A stretch of DNA of 64,000 nt, from contig JALDTO010000246.1 in the NCBI GenBank assembly GCA_023515725.1, positions 281,680-345,679 of the forward strand, in the 5' to 3' direction. The position numbers and the translations under genes were made by a program. The notes beneath the pieces were generated by a model that was not told the DNA's origin, ran no database searches, and saw nothing but the letters and a program-made list of their open reading frames with translations. Below, one piece after another: positions 51,101 to 62,988 of this stretch. Source of the stretch: Amoeboaphelidium protococcarum X5 (taxonomy: Eukaryota > Fungi > Aphelidiomycota). Position 1 is the stretch's first letter. Every line of letters starts with the position of its first letter.

Positions 51101-53782
51101 TTCAGATCGGTGTCTCCTCCTCAGAATTAACGTCATTTTAATGGTACTGAAGGTTAGCAGTCTTTCGACGGCTCCGCGTAATAGTATACGGTAGCTCCCA
51201 AGTACAAAATGTCTCCTTCAATGAATGTCATATTGGAAATGCCTGAGAGTTAGTTGAAAGCTGTCCATAATTTCACTATCAGTCACGAGATGTATGGCAG
51301 TATAAAATGGCTCGTGCCTGTTGATCTGACGGAGTTTATCGTTAATGATAATCGCTCTTACTTGGCTAGAATTCCTGGAGAGGTTGTCGTGTTTTCTAAG
51401 AAGGCTTGTGAAGTTTATCCCGAGTAGATTATATCTTTAGGTGCATCAATGAATGGGCAAATGTCTCCACAGAAGGTTTGGTGGAAGAATCACTCAGTTG
51501 GTCATGGTCTGAATAAGAATGCAGAGATTTAGTTGTATGGTTGCGTTCCTTCTGGTGTGGATTCATCTCAGTAAAGCCATAGTCCTAGAATGAAGCAGTT
51601 CATAAGTAAGTTGCGTAATAAGTAGAATACAGAGTTTATCAATTATGATATACCAACTGGCACCTGGACGTTTAGAGTTGAACATTTCAGTCGTTATGGG
51701 CTTGACGATGAAGATGAAGAATACCATGTAGAATAGCAGTATAGTGCTCAGCAATCGCTTTAGAAGGAGAATTTGACATTTTAAAATGGTGCGTAAAAGT
51801 CGTATCCTAATGTGTCTATTTATGGTGATAGATCTATGGACTAATCTGCTAACACTAGTTAAAGGAGAATCTTAACGCCTTATAAGAAGCACTTGGGTGA
51901 TGTTGATTTAAATGCTGGGAGTAATCTGAATAATATTAATAACAATCAGTTGACTTCTGAAGATGTGATGGTTGATATGCTTAAGACTACTTTAAATTAT
52001 GATCGCGAAAGTCAGTCTGGAGTATTAGTGGAGCAGCTGATTAAATGCTTTGATGCTGGCCTGGTGAATGATGTTAACCCAGCGGTTCTGAGCAAGGAAT
52101 TGCGTTTCTAATAAGATTTTTGGTCTTTGATGTAGGTGTTGCTATCTACCACTGGGAATGTTAAAGCTTTCAAGTCTCTCAGCTTCCGTAATTCTCTGTC
52201 GCTGTGGCTGCAGAGTTAATTGGATGGTATTATAAGCTCGAAATTATTGAATTCTACCGAGGATTAGTATGAGAAGATCTTCTGGTTATTGGTCGGTAGA
52301 AGAGTTGGATAAGCCGTGTCTGTGGCTGTTGATAACAAGTATTTGTATTTGGCATCTATTATTTCATAGCTTGATGAACCACGTTCCCCCTTTGGATAAG
52401 TCTATGGTGTCTATGGCTTACCGGATGATGTCAAAATTGATTTACACAAAGAATTAAAATAGATTCAAAGCTTTGATGGATAGAAAAAAAGTGCCCCAGA
52501 GTATCTCATCAAGATTTTACAATTGCTGATTAATGATTTTGATTCTATCGTTAGCTCTCATGATATTTACACTGGTAAAGTGAAATGGTAGCTGCTGTTT
52601 GCAATGTATTTTTGGTATTTTTCATCCCCTGGTACTGGTGTTTATGATGTACTGGATGCTTTCCTGAGCCATGTCAACAAGGTTGGTGCCAAAGTTAACG
52701 TTGAGTTGTATAATTCTTGTCTACCTGATTTGAGATTAACTCTGCTGTGTTAGTTTATGGGGAATAATTAAAGTGCTAGTATGAAATAAGTTGTAGCGGG
52801 TAAAGATGTATTTCGCAGTTATTTGAACGAGAAGGAGTGTATTCCCTTCCTGTGGCATATGTTCTATGTTCTTGGTAAATGTGATTGTGAGGGGTTGTCA
52901 GACGACAAAGTGTAGAATGAATGTACATCGTTGTACGTCAAGAATTTGGAATCAATGGGCTATTGGAAGTATGCTTTATTTGTGGCTGGCAAGATATCTG
53001 ATCCTAAAGAGAGATAATCATCCATCAATAATCTGTTGAATAAGCACTACACGTTTTAATCAGTAGCTACTAATGGTTAAATTGATTTGGTCCAGATGGA
53101 TTTGAAGGATTTTAATCGTACAGTAAGTAAGTTGACGTTTCATGGCGATTCTGATGATTAGAGTGTCCATGTTGTGGAAGATGATCCTGAGTTGTCGTAA
53201 ATCTTTAAATCCCTCAACATTGATGGGAAGTATCTCTATACGCTGACTGCTTGTAATGCGGAATTGAATTAGAATTTCTTGCTTGCACTTGTACATTATG
53301 TTAAAGCTGGCAATTGGTAGATGTGCGCTGATTATTTATTAGAGAAGGGATACTTGTGGAGATTGGTTCTATCCAATTGCCAACAATTTTTGCAGAGTGT
53401 TATTCCTTAATTGTTGATGAAGGATAAGTCATGCCTAAAAGCTGGTCAAGACAAACAGTTGCAGTTGGTTCAGAAGTATTACAGCAGAAAGGCATCTGAC
53501 TTGTCATAATCCGTGGATCTTTTAGGTGATCTTAACAAGACGTGTTCATTGTTGAAATCTTAGTCTGACTTGAATATTGCTGGTGCTCTTCGCTTCATGT
53601 CCGACTCTGTAGTTGATGATATTATGATTCTGTTGGATCAGATGGTAGAAGATGCAAAATTTGATCAAGATGGTCAGCTGTTGCGAGATTTGCAATCTGC
53701 TATCACGACATCTAACATAACTAGCGGTAGAAGACTTGGTATTGTGCGTCAGTTTGCGATGTAATCGTTTATGGCTGTTTGA
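48179..53782 (+). CDS. NUP98: Nucleoporin Nup98-Nup96 precursor (1867 aa)
   Basis: FG/GLFG repeats with TAR-encoded poly-Gln; GLEBS motif FQSINIMPEYRNWSFEELRLRDY; autoproteolytic site FRVEHFSRYG at 51683-51691; Nup96-like helical C-half; single frame to TGA. Confidence 0.93.
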
Positions 53783-54360
53783 AGTATCGCGGTGGCTTTC
53801 AAGTAATATATTGTTATGCGGCATTGCCTTTACAGAATTGACTGTTCTCAAAAATAAAATTGATATTCGAACATCACATCTTTTTAGCATTTTCTATTTG
53901 ATTTTTACTCAGTTGTCATGTGCTTGAAGGATGGCCCTGACATCCAGTGCTTGCTATCGCGTCAATCTTATTGAAGGCGCGTTCAGCGTTAGTCAAACCA
54001 TCCGTTAATACGGGACATCTGAGTCTAACGCGATCTGGTACAGATTTCACGATTCATACAAACCAGTCGATTTTATTCATTCTCTTGCCAAGTAAATGGT
54101 GTCCACCCAGACAACCTGAGTGTCGCACCTTTGTTAAGCGTGATCTGCCAATGCAACACTGGGGAGCCTATCAACAGCGGAGAGTTCACCGATCGGTGGC
54201 ACAAGATGCAACATCAGACAATGTGATGTGACATGATATCACACAAACACATTATAGATTTTAGACCAGATGAGAATTATCTTTACTCTTTAATTTCCAT
54301 AGTATCAATAGAATTGTACAAACTTAATTCTACAGTATAAGTTTAAATTTTGCAAGAATC

Positions 54361-56121
54361 ATGATACATAAACTAAGCACTATAAAAGTCGTACTATTGC
54401 TATTGGGCGCGTTCAATCAAAATCTAAGCGCTCAGGAAGGGACTCTCAAAGAGGCGGCTCAACACGCTGGAATCAATCTGGGCTGTGTTCAGGCTTGGGA
54501 CAAGAAGGAAGAAGCTATACTGAGTAAGCATTTCAATGGTGTAGTCGATCAAAATAGTTGCAAGATGGCGCAGATGCTTCCAGCACAAGGTGAGCCCACT
54601 TATGAAAAGTGTGATGCCACTGCTGAATTCTCCCGCGCCAACAATATGAAGTTACGTCTGCATACTCTTATCTGGGGCTCAGCTGCAGTACCAGGCTTTT
54701 GTCAGAGCAAATCTCCCGAGTAGTTGAAACAGATCTACGTTGATCATATCACTCATGTGATGAAGCACTATTGCTCCTATGACAATATAATTGGTATCGA
54801 TGTTGTGAACGAGGCTCTCAGTGACTCTTAGGCTGACGTGAATAAGGGTCCTCTGCATTACAACACCAAGAATGAAGTCTGGGCCAAGATTCCAGATTAC
54901 ATTGGTTTGGCTTTCAAGACTGCACGCGCTGCCTGTCCGACTGCTAAATTATTTTACAATGATTACACGCTGTATACTCCGAATAAATTCACTGCTCTGC
55001 TTCACATGCTGCAAGATTTCAAGGAGAGAGGTATTCCTATAGATGGCATTGGATTCCAATAGCATCTGGGTGTCTTCAAAGACCCGATTGATACTAATCC
55101 GTCGAAGTAGCGTCTTCTTGAGTGCTTTTAGAAAATTGGTGAATTTGGACTGGAGGTGTAAATCACTGAATACTCTGTTAATTGCGAAGGAGATTGTGCC
55201 ACCAATTAAACTCCGATCACAATGAAGAATATCGAAGCGTGTGTGGAGTCACGGAATTGTAATACATTCTTCGTGTGGGGATTGCATACGTATTTTGCCA
55301 CAGGTCCGAGGGAAGATTCTCCTGTGCTTCTAAACAAGGATGGGTCACTGAATCATAATGGCAAAGCTATTTACAGTTATCTCATGGGCCAGGATGGTAA
55401 AGCAGGTGCTTAGATCTCTGACACTGTGAACGCCGGTGCGCCGACTAGTAAGGAGCCTTCTGATACAGTTCAGCCTGGTATAAATGCTCCTGCTTATCCT
55501 ACTCAGAACACGCCGGCTTATCCCGCCTAAAGTGCTGATTCTTCTGATACTCCTGCTGAAAATTCTCCTGCTTATCCACAACCAGGTAAACCTGATGGAA
55601 GTAAATTTGGCTATCCTAGTGAGCAATCTGGCACTGGACCTTCTCCTGCACAAGCAAACGCGCCAGCTTATCTACCTGAAGCCAACAACAATGTGGGTAA
55701 CAAAGGTGACTCTCCAGGTAAGGACTCAAGTACGACACCACCAGCTCAAGTAAACGCTCCTGCCTATCCTCCCTCTCAAAGTGAAAAACAATCCGATAAT
55801 ATTCCAAGAGAGATCCTTACATTTCCTTCACGCTCTACATCTCCTCCTCCTCCTCCGCCTGCGGTCAATGCGCCAGCATATATCTCGCCTCTGAAGGGGT
55901 CTCTAGCTAATCGAACCACACGTAGTCCACAGAATGCTCCAGCCTATGGGGATCGTGACTCTAAGAACACTAGGGAGTAAATGTTTCAGTAACAATCCAA
56001 GAAGGCAGGATCGAAGCCCAATCTTGCATCATCTCAAGGGCCAGCTGTCAACGATTATGATGACGAGAACTGTCAAATTGTCTATGTTCATGTTCCGAGT
56101 GATGATTAAAAGAAATAATGA
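54361..56121 (+). CDS. Secreted glycoside hydrolase family 10 (xylanase-like) with Pro-rich NxPAY-repeat tail (586 aa)
   Basis: Signal peptide; RLHTLIW, DVVNEA (acid/base Glu), KLFYNDY, GIPIDGIGFQQH, VQITEY (nucleophile Glu), VWG. Confidence 0.9.
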
Positions 56122-56175
56122 TAAAATATGATTTGAGATTACAACATGCGATGGTAAATTTGAAAAACTTTTACA

Positions 56176-56879
56176 TCACGTCTTTAAAGCTTCATAAACT
56201 TGTCCTTGATACTTGAAAGTTGCCGTTTAAAACAACTGATCAAGTTATGCTTCAACAGGAGGCAGAGTTCCGCGACATCCAGCAACAACCTTCTCACTCC
56301 ATTTAAAGTACTCTTAAACACGATATGCATCCCATCCGACGGGAACTTGTCTACACAAATCTCTCAAATTGTACAGCTTATCGGCCAGCTTTACGCATTT
56401 AGCCTCTTTGGATTTAAGAGGTGCCGAATCAATCTACTTTTGCTTTCTCTCAGCCTTCGATAGCGTCAAATCATCTGTGACTTCAGCGACAATGCTGCAA
56501 ACTTTTGCACCGAACTCCTCCCTTATCTCATCCAGTGTAGTATCTGTATCCTCCACAGTGTCATGCAAGATCGCTGCCAGAACAGCACTTATAGCATCGA
56601 CATCGCTCGGTCCAGATGCAGTTAAAAGCCCACCAACATTAATAAGTGTATCAGCTACGCCAATCGGATGATTGATGTACGGTGTCTACTCCAGATCTTT
56701 TCGCCTCTGCTTCGAGTGCTTGATCGCTGCGAAATTGATAGCATGCATCAGTCGATTAATATTGCCGTCATCGCTTAGCCTGTTAAAATGTGGACCGTAT
56801 CTACAAAGATAATGTAAATCGAAATTTTATTATGTCAAAGCGACTAAACTCACTCTCTTTTATGGCCTTGGTTGTTCAT
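56176..56879 (-). CDS. HDDC3: HD-domain hydrolase MESH1/HDDC3 (216 aa); intron 56801-56853
   Basis: [59 protein letters not shown]. Confidence 0.92.
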
Positions 56880-57310
56880 AGTTCCTTAATAATGATTTTT
56901 CTGCGTAAGGTAAAATTCAAAAGAGAGAAGTCTTGTTTCAGCGGTGATAAAAAAGACGCGTCACTACGAAGCTGCCGATTTTCAAATCTACTCTCAGTGT
57001 ATACATGGAAACATCCAATCTTTAACAATTTCTATGCTAATTGTTTGCCAAGAGTTGTATTAATCTCTTCCTTCATATATCTGCATTGAACTTCTTTTCA
57101 ACCGCCTCGAGGGAGAAATCTAATTTTGTCAGCCAATCAGTTTCAGCGAGGCTCATTTGAGAGATCGACCAGATTTGTTATTAAAATTATTATATAAATC
57201 GAATTCGACTCAGCCTCTTGGCATCTCCGTTCATCTTTTATTATTATAATCATTTTCATAAAGCCAATAAATATCATTGAAATATTGTAATAATCAAACA
57301 TTATACTGAA

Positions 57311-60300
57311 ATGGATAGTATTAGTGGCAAGGACAAGAAGAAGGCGCAGAAAGCACTTTGGTAAAAAGCTAAATACGCGTCAGTCTTGCTCACCCCACGG
57401 TATCCTATACATGACAACCGTTACAGGCATCCGGTGAGCTCTGACAGCAGTCATCTACCACTCCTGGAGAATATGGAAAATGGTAATCAGGTGGAATTTG
57501 AGTAATTTGAACACTATTAGTATATTGGAGAATCCTCATAGGTCAATGCCTCAGACGATAGCAGTGACGAGGGCGACAAGAACAATCCCAACAAGATTTA
57601 CCACGAGCTGATACTGGCTGATGTTGAAGAATCCTCATGGCGCCATCGATTGGCATATAAAATGGATTCTACGCCTGCTAGTCGTCTGTGGGAAATCGTT
57701 GATCTCATCATTAGTTTCTTGTTCATTGTGTTATACATTTACAACACTACTTACGACGAGCGTGGCCTGCCTACTCTGACTCTGAACATGGATTTTGCTC
57801 TGGCAATAGTTCTATTGTCTCAGTATTTGCCCAAGCTGTATATTGCTGTGGATTTGGCGCGTGCATGGACTTCTACTCTCACACTGCTTACATTTGCCTC
57901 CACTCTTCCGGTCGTGCTCGCATACTTCAATCCTGAGGTTAGACATAGTTATATGAGTGCCGGGTATCTTGCTTATTTCTATCCTCTGCGATTTGTCCGT
58001 CTGCATGTCATTCTCATGGCTGTTTTAATTCCAAGTAAGACCTCTATCCTTAAGTTGTCTCTCATCACCAGGAAAGCCATCAGACTCGTGGCATTCATTC
58101 TGTTTCTGGTGCTTACTGTGGCGGCTTTTGTCCATGTTGTTGCGTACAAGTCTTAAGGTGTCAGAAATCTGACATTTTTCGATAGCTTCTACTTTGCCAT
58201 TATTAGTGTCAATTCCGGTAATACATCTCAGATTGTGCCTGATGGGCCTTTCGCTCGAGTTGTTGTGCTCTATATTCTCATCACTGGTGCAATCTTTGTG
58301 CCAACCCGATTGGCTGAATTGCTGCGTCTCATGGGCCAGAAGTCTGTGTATGATCACTCTTTCAAGAAGAAGAATAATTAGAATCATGTCCTTATCTGTG
58401 GAGACTTTGAACTAAGTTCTTTATCCACCTTCCTCAAGGAGTTCTTTTGTGCTGATCACGGCCCTCTCAGTGTGAATACTCATGTGGTAATCCTGAGTCC
58501 TAATGAGCCGTCTGAAGAGCTGAAGCTGATTCTGGAGAATCCAATGTACATCAATAGGACACAGTACGTGAAAGGAAGTGTGATGAATTTGCGTTCTCTT
58601 GAAAAGGTTCGTATCAAAGAGGTGAAGGCTTGCTTCATATTTAGCAGTAAGTACGCGACTAGTAATGCATCTGAGGATGATGCCAAGACAGCAATGCGTG
58701 CACTAGCCTTGAGAAAATCAGTGAAGGATATCAAATTGCATGTACAAGTGTTAATGCCAGAGAATAAGAGCCATTTTGACTATTTGGCTGATTCTATGGT
58801 CTGCACGGATGAACTAAAATTGGGAATGTTGGCTCAGAATTGCAGATGCCCAGGCTTAACTACTCTAATGCATCTATTGACTACCAGTTTGACGGACAAG
58901 TCTGCGTACAGGCTTTTGAAGAGGACCGGCGCTGATGATGCAAATGTCGAAAAGGAGTGGATCAGAGAGTATTTATATGGTGCTGGTTAGGAGATTTATC
59001 CACAGCAAGTTTAACCAGAATGGGTTGGAAAGCGCTTTGCCTCAGTTTCTTATTACGTTTTCAGGAACTATGGCGTTGTACTTTTTGCTATTGGTGTACC
59101 GAACAAGTCTTACTATGAGAAAAAGAAGAAAGTGGCTCACTATAAGAAGTTGGGACTGAAAATCACTGAAGAATTGATGGACTTGTGGTAAGTTAACGCT
59201 GGCGATTATGATCTCTATCTCAACCCCGCTGATTACGTTGTCTGTGGAAATGAAGTCTGTTTCTACATTGGCTCTGATCAGATGAGTTTGAACGCGGTGA
59301 ATTTTGATAGTCCAATGGTTAAAAGTAAGATGAATAAGAAGAGCAACAACAGTAGCAAGTAATCAATGCATAGCGAAGTGACTATTGACGTGAATGTGAA
59401 TGCTTCATCATCTTCAATGAATACCCAGATCATCTCTGAGTAAAACGACGACACTCCATAGGCTCCTACAGACGGTAATCTCCTCGGCAATCGTCCTAAT
59501 CTTGCCACTGGTAATAAGGATGCTCTACCGTCCGTATTATTTGAGAATGATGCACCTGTTGAGTCCGAAGATCTTGCGGCAGAGAGTACGTAGTAATTCC
59601 AGTCTGGGGGAGCTTAGACTAAGGGAGCATCTCAAGTAAATGGTAATGCTCCTACTGAAGTTGTCGATACTCCTAGTAAATTATTGGAACAGAATAGCTT
59701 CGTGACTCGCATTTTCTAACAGGCTATGGGATTCACAGGGATGTAGCCGCCGACTGGTGCACCTCAACACGGTAGAATGAGAAGTGGCACGGTCGATTCA
59801 ATTGACCCTGAGATGGCACAGAAGAATTGTCTTTCTGCTGATGTACAGGGCCATATTCTGGTATGCGATCCGAACTGCAGTCTTAACATTGAATACTTTA
59901 TAGCTCCTCTGCGTTCTGAACATCTCATTGCGAATTCTAGTCCATACTCCACTTTTAGGAGCGACGGTTCGTGGACTCCTATTGTGATATTGACTCCGAT
60001 CATGCCTAGTGATCACTAGCTGAATAAGCTGAAAAGGTTTGAGGAGGTGTACATTATCTATGGTAATCCAATGGTCCGCAAAGATTTGAGACGTGCCGGT
60101 GTGGAAAGATGTCTGAAAGCTGTGGTGCTTGCTGATTGTAGTAAGGGAAAGTTTGAGAATGAGGAGCGTACTTCTGACGCTGCGTCTCTGCTCACCGTCT
60201 TGAATATTGAAGCTATGGCACGGGAAGAGGATCTCTTTATCATCACTGAATTCATCCATTATGAGAATATGAATTTCATTGGTGAGTCTGCTATACCATG

Positions 60301-60871
60301 GGCCAAGGACACGCCAGAATATAAGCGAAGTTTGCTGCGTCCATGTTTTATGGCTGGTCACACGTATAGTCAAAATATGCTTGATTCTATCATTTGTCAA
60401 AACTTTTATAATGTTCACATGCTCTCCATCTTGAGACACATCATTTATAGTGGCACTTTCCACGTACAGAATTAGTTGAAGCAAGCTGATGGCCTGGAGC
60501 ATAGTCACATCTGGTTGGTGAGAGTTCCTCCTCAATTTGCGGGCAAGACTTATTTGCAACTGTTTGGGCACATGTCTAAGGAGAAGAAGGCTATCCCAAT
60601 CGGTCTTTATCGTCGCTCAATTGCCACATCTGATGTACCTGCTCCACAGCAGCCATCCTCTCCTGGAAACAATGGTAACGGCATGGGCCTCAAACAGAAA
60701 ATTGCAAATTCATTTCTGGGATTCCGTAAAAGTTCTGATACTGAGCTCACCTCTAGTGTTGGTCACCATTATGTCTGCGCAAATCCTCCACCTCAGACCA
60801 TTCTTCGTGCTGATGATCGTGTTTACGCGTTCAGCGTTGAGAGACCGGTCATGTGTGTTTACACCAAGTGA
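57311..60871 (+). CDS. Slo/BK-family (KCNMA1/KCNT-like) channel with two RCK domains and a non-canonical pore loop (1186 aa)
   Basis: TM segments with S4 PLRFVRL; HVLICG, FLKEFF..DH, YVKGSVM..LEKVRI, DELKLGMLAQNCRCPGLTTLMHLL, YIIYGNPM..DLRRAGV, LRPCFMAG. Confidence 0.9.
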
Positions 60872-60919
60872 TGAATTCTGCTATATTTGAAATTTTAATG
60901 AATGCATTTTATTATTTGT

Positions 60920-62203
60920 ACTAAATCTTCTTTATTGCTCGACCTCGACGATTACCAGTTTTCTGATTGAACAATTGAGAAGGCACGCGAAGGAAATTTA
61001 TGAGTGGGAGTGTATTTGTATCAAAATGAAAGTACAGTACTATAACTATGATAATGGCTAAATAATCAGTTTTCATAGATTTGTAACACGTTCATAACTT
61101 TATGATACTGTACCAGAGAAATCACATTTTTTCAGCTTGTTGCTTCCAATGATCAGCTTTCTCAAAGTACCATACAGCCGCCAATATGAAGAAGATTCAC
61201 CATTTTAGGAACGGCTTCAGAATATATAGCACAGTCTTTCACTTACAAGCCACGCATAACTCCGAGAAAGCCAAAGACAAGCACACCTCCTGACGCACGC
61301 AAAGCATTACGTGACAGAGTCAATTATTTATAATGAGACAGTTGAGTAAACGATGTTGGTGTGAACTGTTTCAGATCACGTAATTAACTTTCCCACGCTC
61401 TCTCTATTCTCGGATAAGTTCTCATACTTAACAAATATATAACTATATATACATATCTATCTATATTTTCTTTATACTCTTTAGCAGTTGTGTATAAGTC
61501 ATATCTTTATACCACTCCACAAACGAGCCATCAATACAGACAATGGTGCCAGCATTGATGGCTACGACTTGAAACATTCAGACACATCCAATGCTTGCAT
61601 TTTATGGACATAATTTGACGTGTAAGAAATAGTAACGCACGCGTCAATTGAATAGCTTGAGCCACTTAGTATTACTATCTTCAGAGTGCTTTAGTTCTTT
61701 TGAAAGAGCTTTACATAACTCAGCTCTTTGAAGCACCCGACAAATGGTTCATTATGAATAAATGGTTAAGTAATTTGAGAGCAGACAACTGGGAAAGCGG
61801 CAGTTCTCCGACCAGTTGACTATTTCATTCAACTCAGTTAAAATTATTTACAGCTAATCCATAAGATGTTTTATTAACCATTCATATCTCAAAATTATAA
61901 TCTTTTTAAGCTACAATTTCCATGAAGAGAAGTAGTACACCAATTAACATCCTTTAATAGCAGCAATGATTCAATCGCTAACACCACCTAATCAGATAAC
62001 GTCTCGATGTGTCATGGAATCGTAACATTAGACATGTTCATCAACAGGGAATCATTTAAAAATCTTTTAAAACCTACTATCAAAAGATCTTTGTCAGCAA
62101 CATCGCAAAACTTTTTATCATTCGCATGCAACCACCTCAAGCCTTGTGACTTGAGAAATGCCGATAAAGCATCTTTGTCCGTTTTTAGATCAATCGTCTT
62201 CAA
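60920..62203 (-). pseudogene. Possible decayed leucine-rich-repeat gene
   Basis: LRR-like fragments in different frames separated by TGAs (LKIVILSGSS, MQALDVSEC, YKQLTLSRNAL, TLRKLIIGSNKLKKCDFSG); no continuous frame even with code 6. Confidence 0.3.
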
Positions 62204-62257
62204 ACTACCGCTCCGACGTTATTTCAGTTGTTTCAATTTCACTAATATCTTGTTAAT

Positions 62258-62902
62258 ATGATTAAATGGAATTCAAAGTTATTCCTCTTGCTGCTGGCCT
62301 TAGCTCTATTCATTCTCACTTTGATCACCTTCACTTCCTTTGATAGTAATGATAATTTCACTTCAGCAGCCAATCTTATGCCGTACTCAAGGAGTGGTGA
62401 CTTGACGTCTTTTAGTCAGATACGGAATATGGAAAGAGTTAGAAGTGATTTGGCAAAATTGATTCTTCAGGAAGATATAACGGTAGAGGATAGCATGGTC
62501 AACATAATGCCGGAGATGGGCAACAACACTGTACGTGAATAGCTTGGTCGCTCTACATGGAGACTATTGCATACAATGGCAACAAGATTTCCGTAGAAGC
62601 CTAGTGAGTTGGATTATCTGTCGTTTGAAGTTTTCATCCTTCTCCTATCCCGACTTTATCCGTGTGGTAACTGCGCCAAACACTTTAGATCTCTACTGAG
62701 GCGGCAAGACTTAGGATTACCAGTTTTTAAAGGTGGTCGGAAGATTGCGAGTGATTACATGTGTTCATTACATAACAAGGTCAACTCTCGACTGGGTAAA
62801 AAGCAGTTTGATTGCTCAAAAGCCATGGCGATCTGGCAGTGTGGATGTCCAGACGAGGCTGATGAAGAAAGTGATGATACTACGTTGTAAATTAAATAAT
62901 GA
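62258..62902 (+). CDS. ERV2: FAD-linked sulfhydryl oxidase ERV2 (214 aa)
   Basis: N-terminal hydrophobic anchor, LGRSTWRLLHTMATRFP, YPCGNCAKHF, CSLHNKVNSRLGKKQFDC, C-terminal CGC. Confidence 0.93.
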
Positions 62903-62988
62903 CCTTGAATTTGACTATCAGATTGCGACAATGAATAATAAACAATTTGATATATCACAGATTAATTTACTGAACCATTAAATTACAG

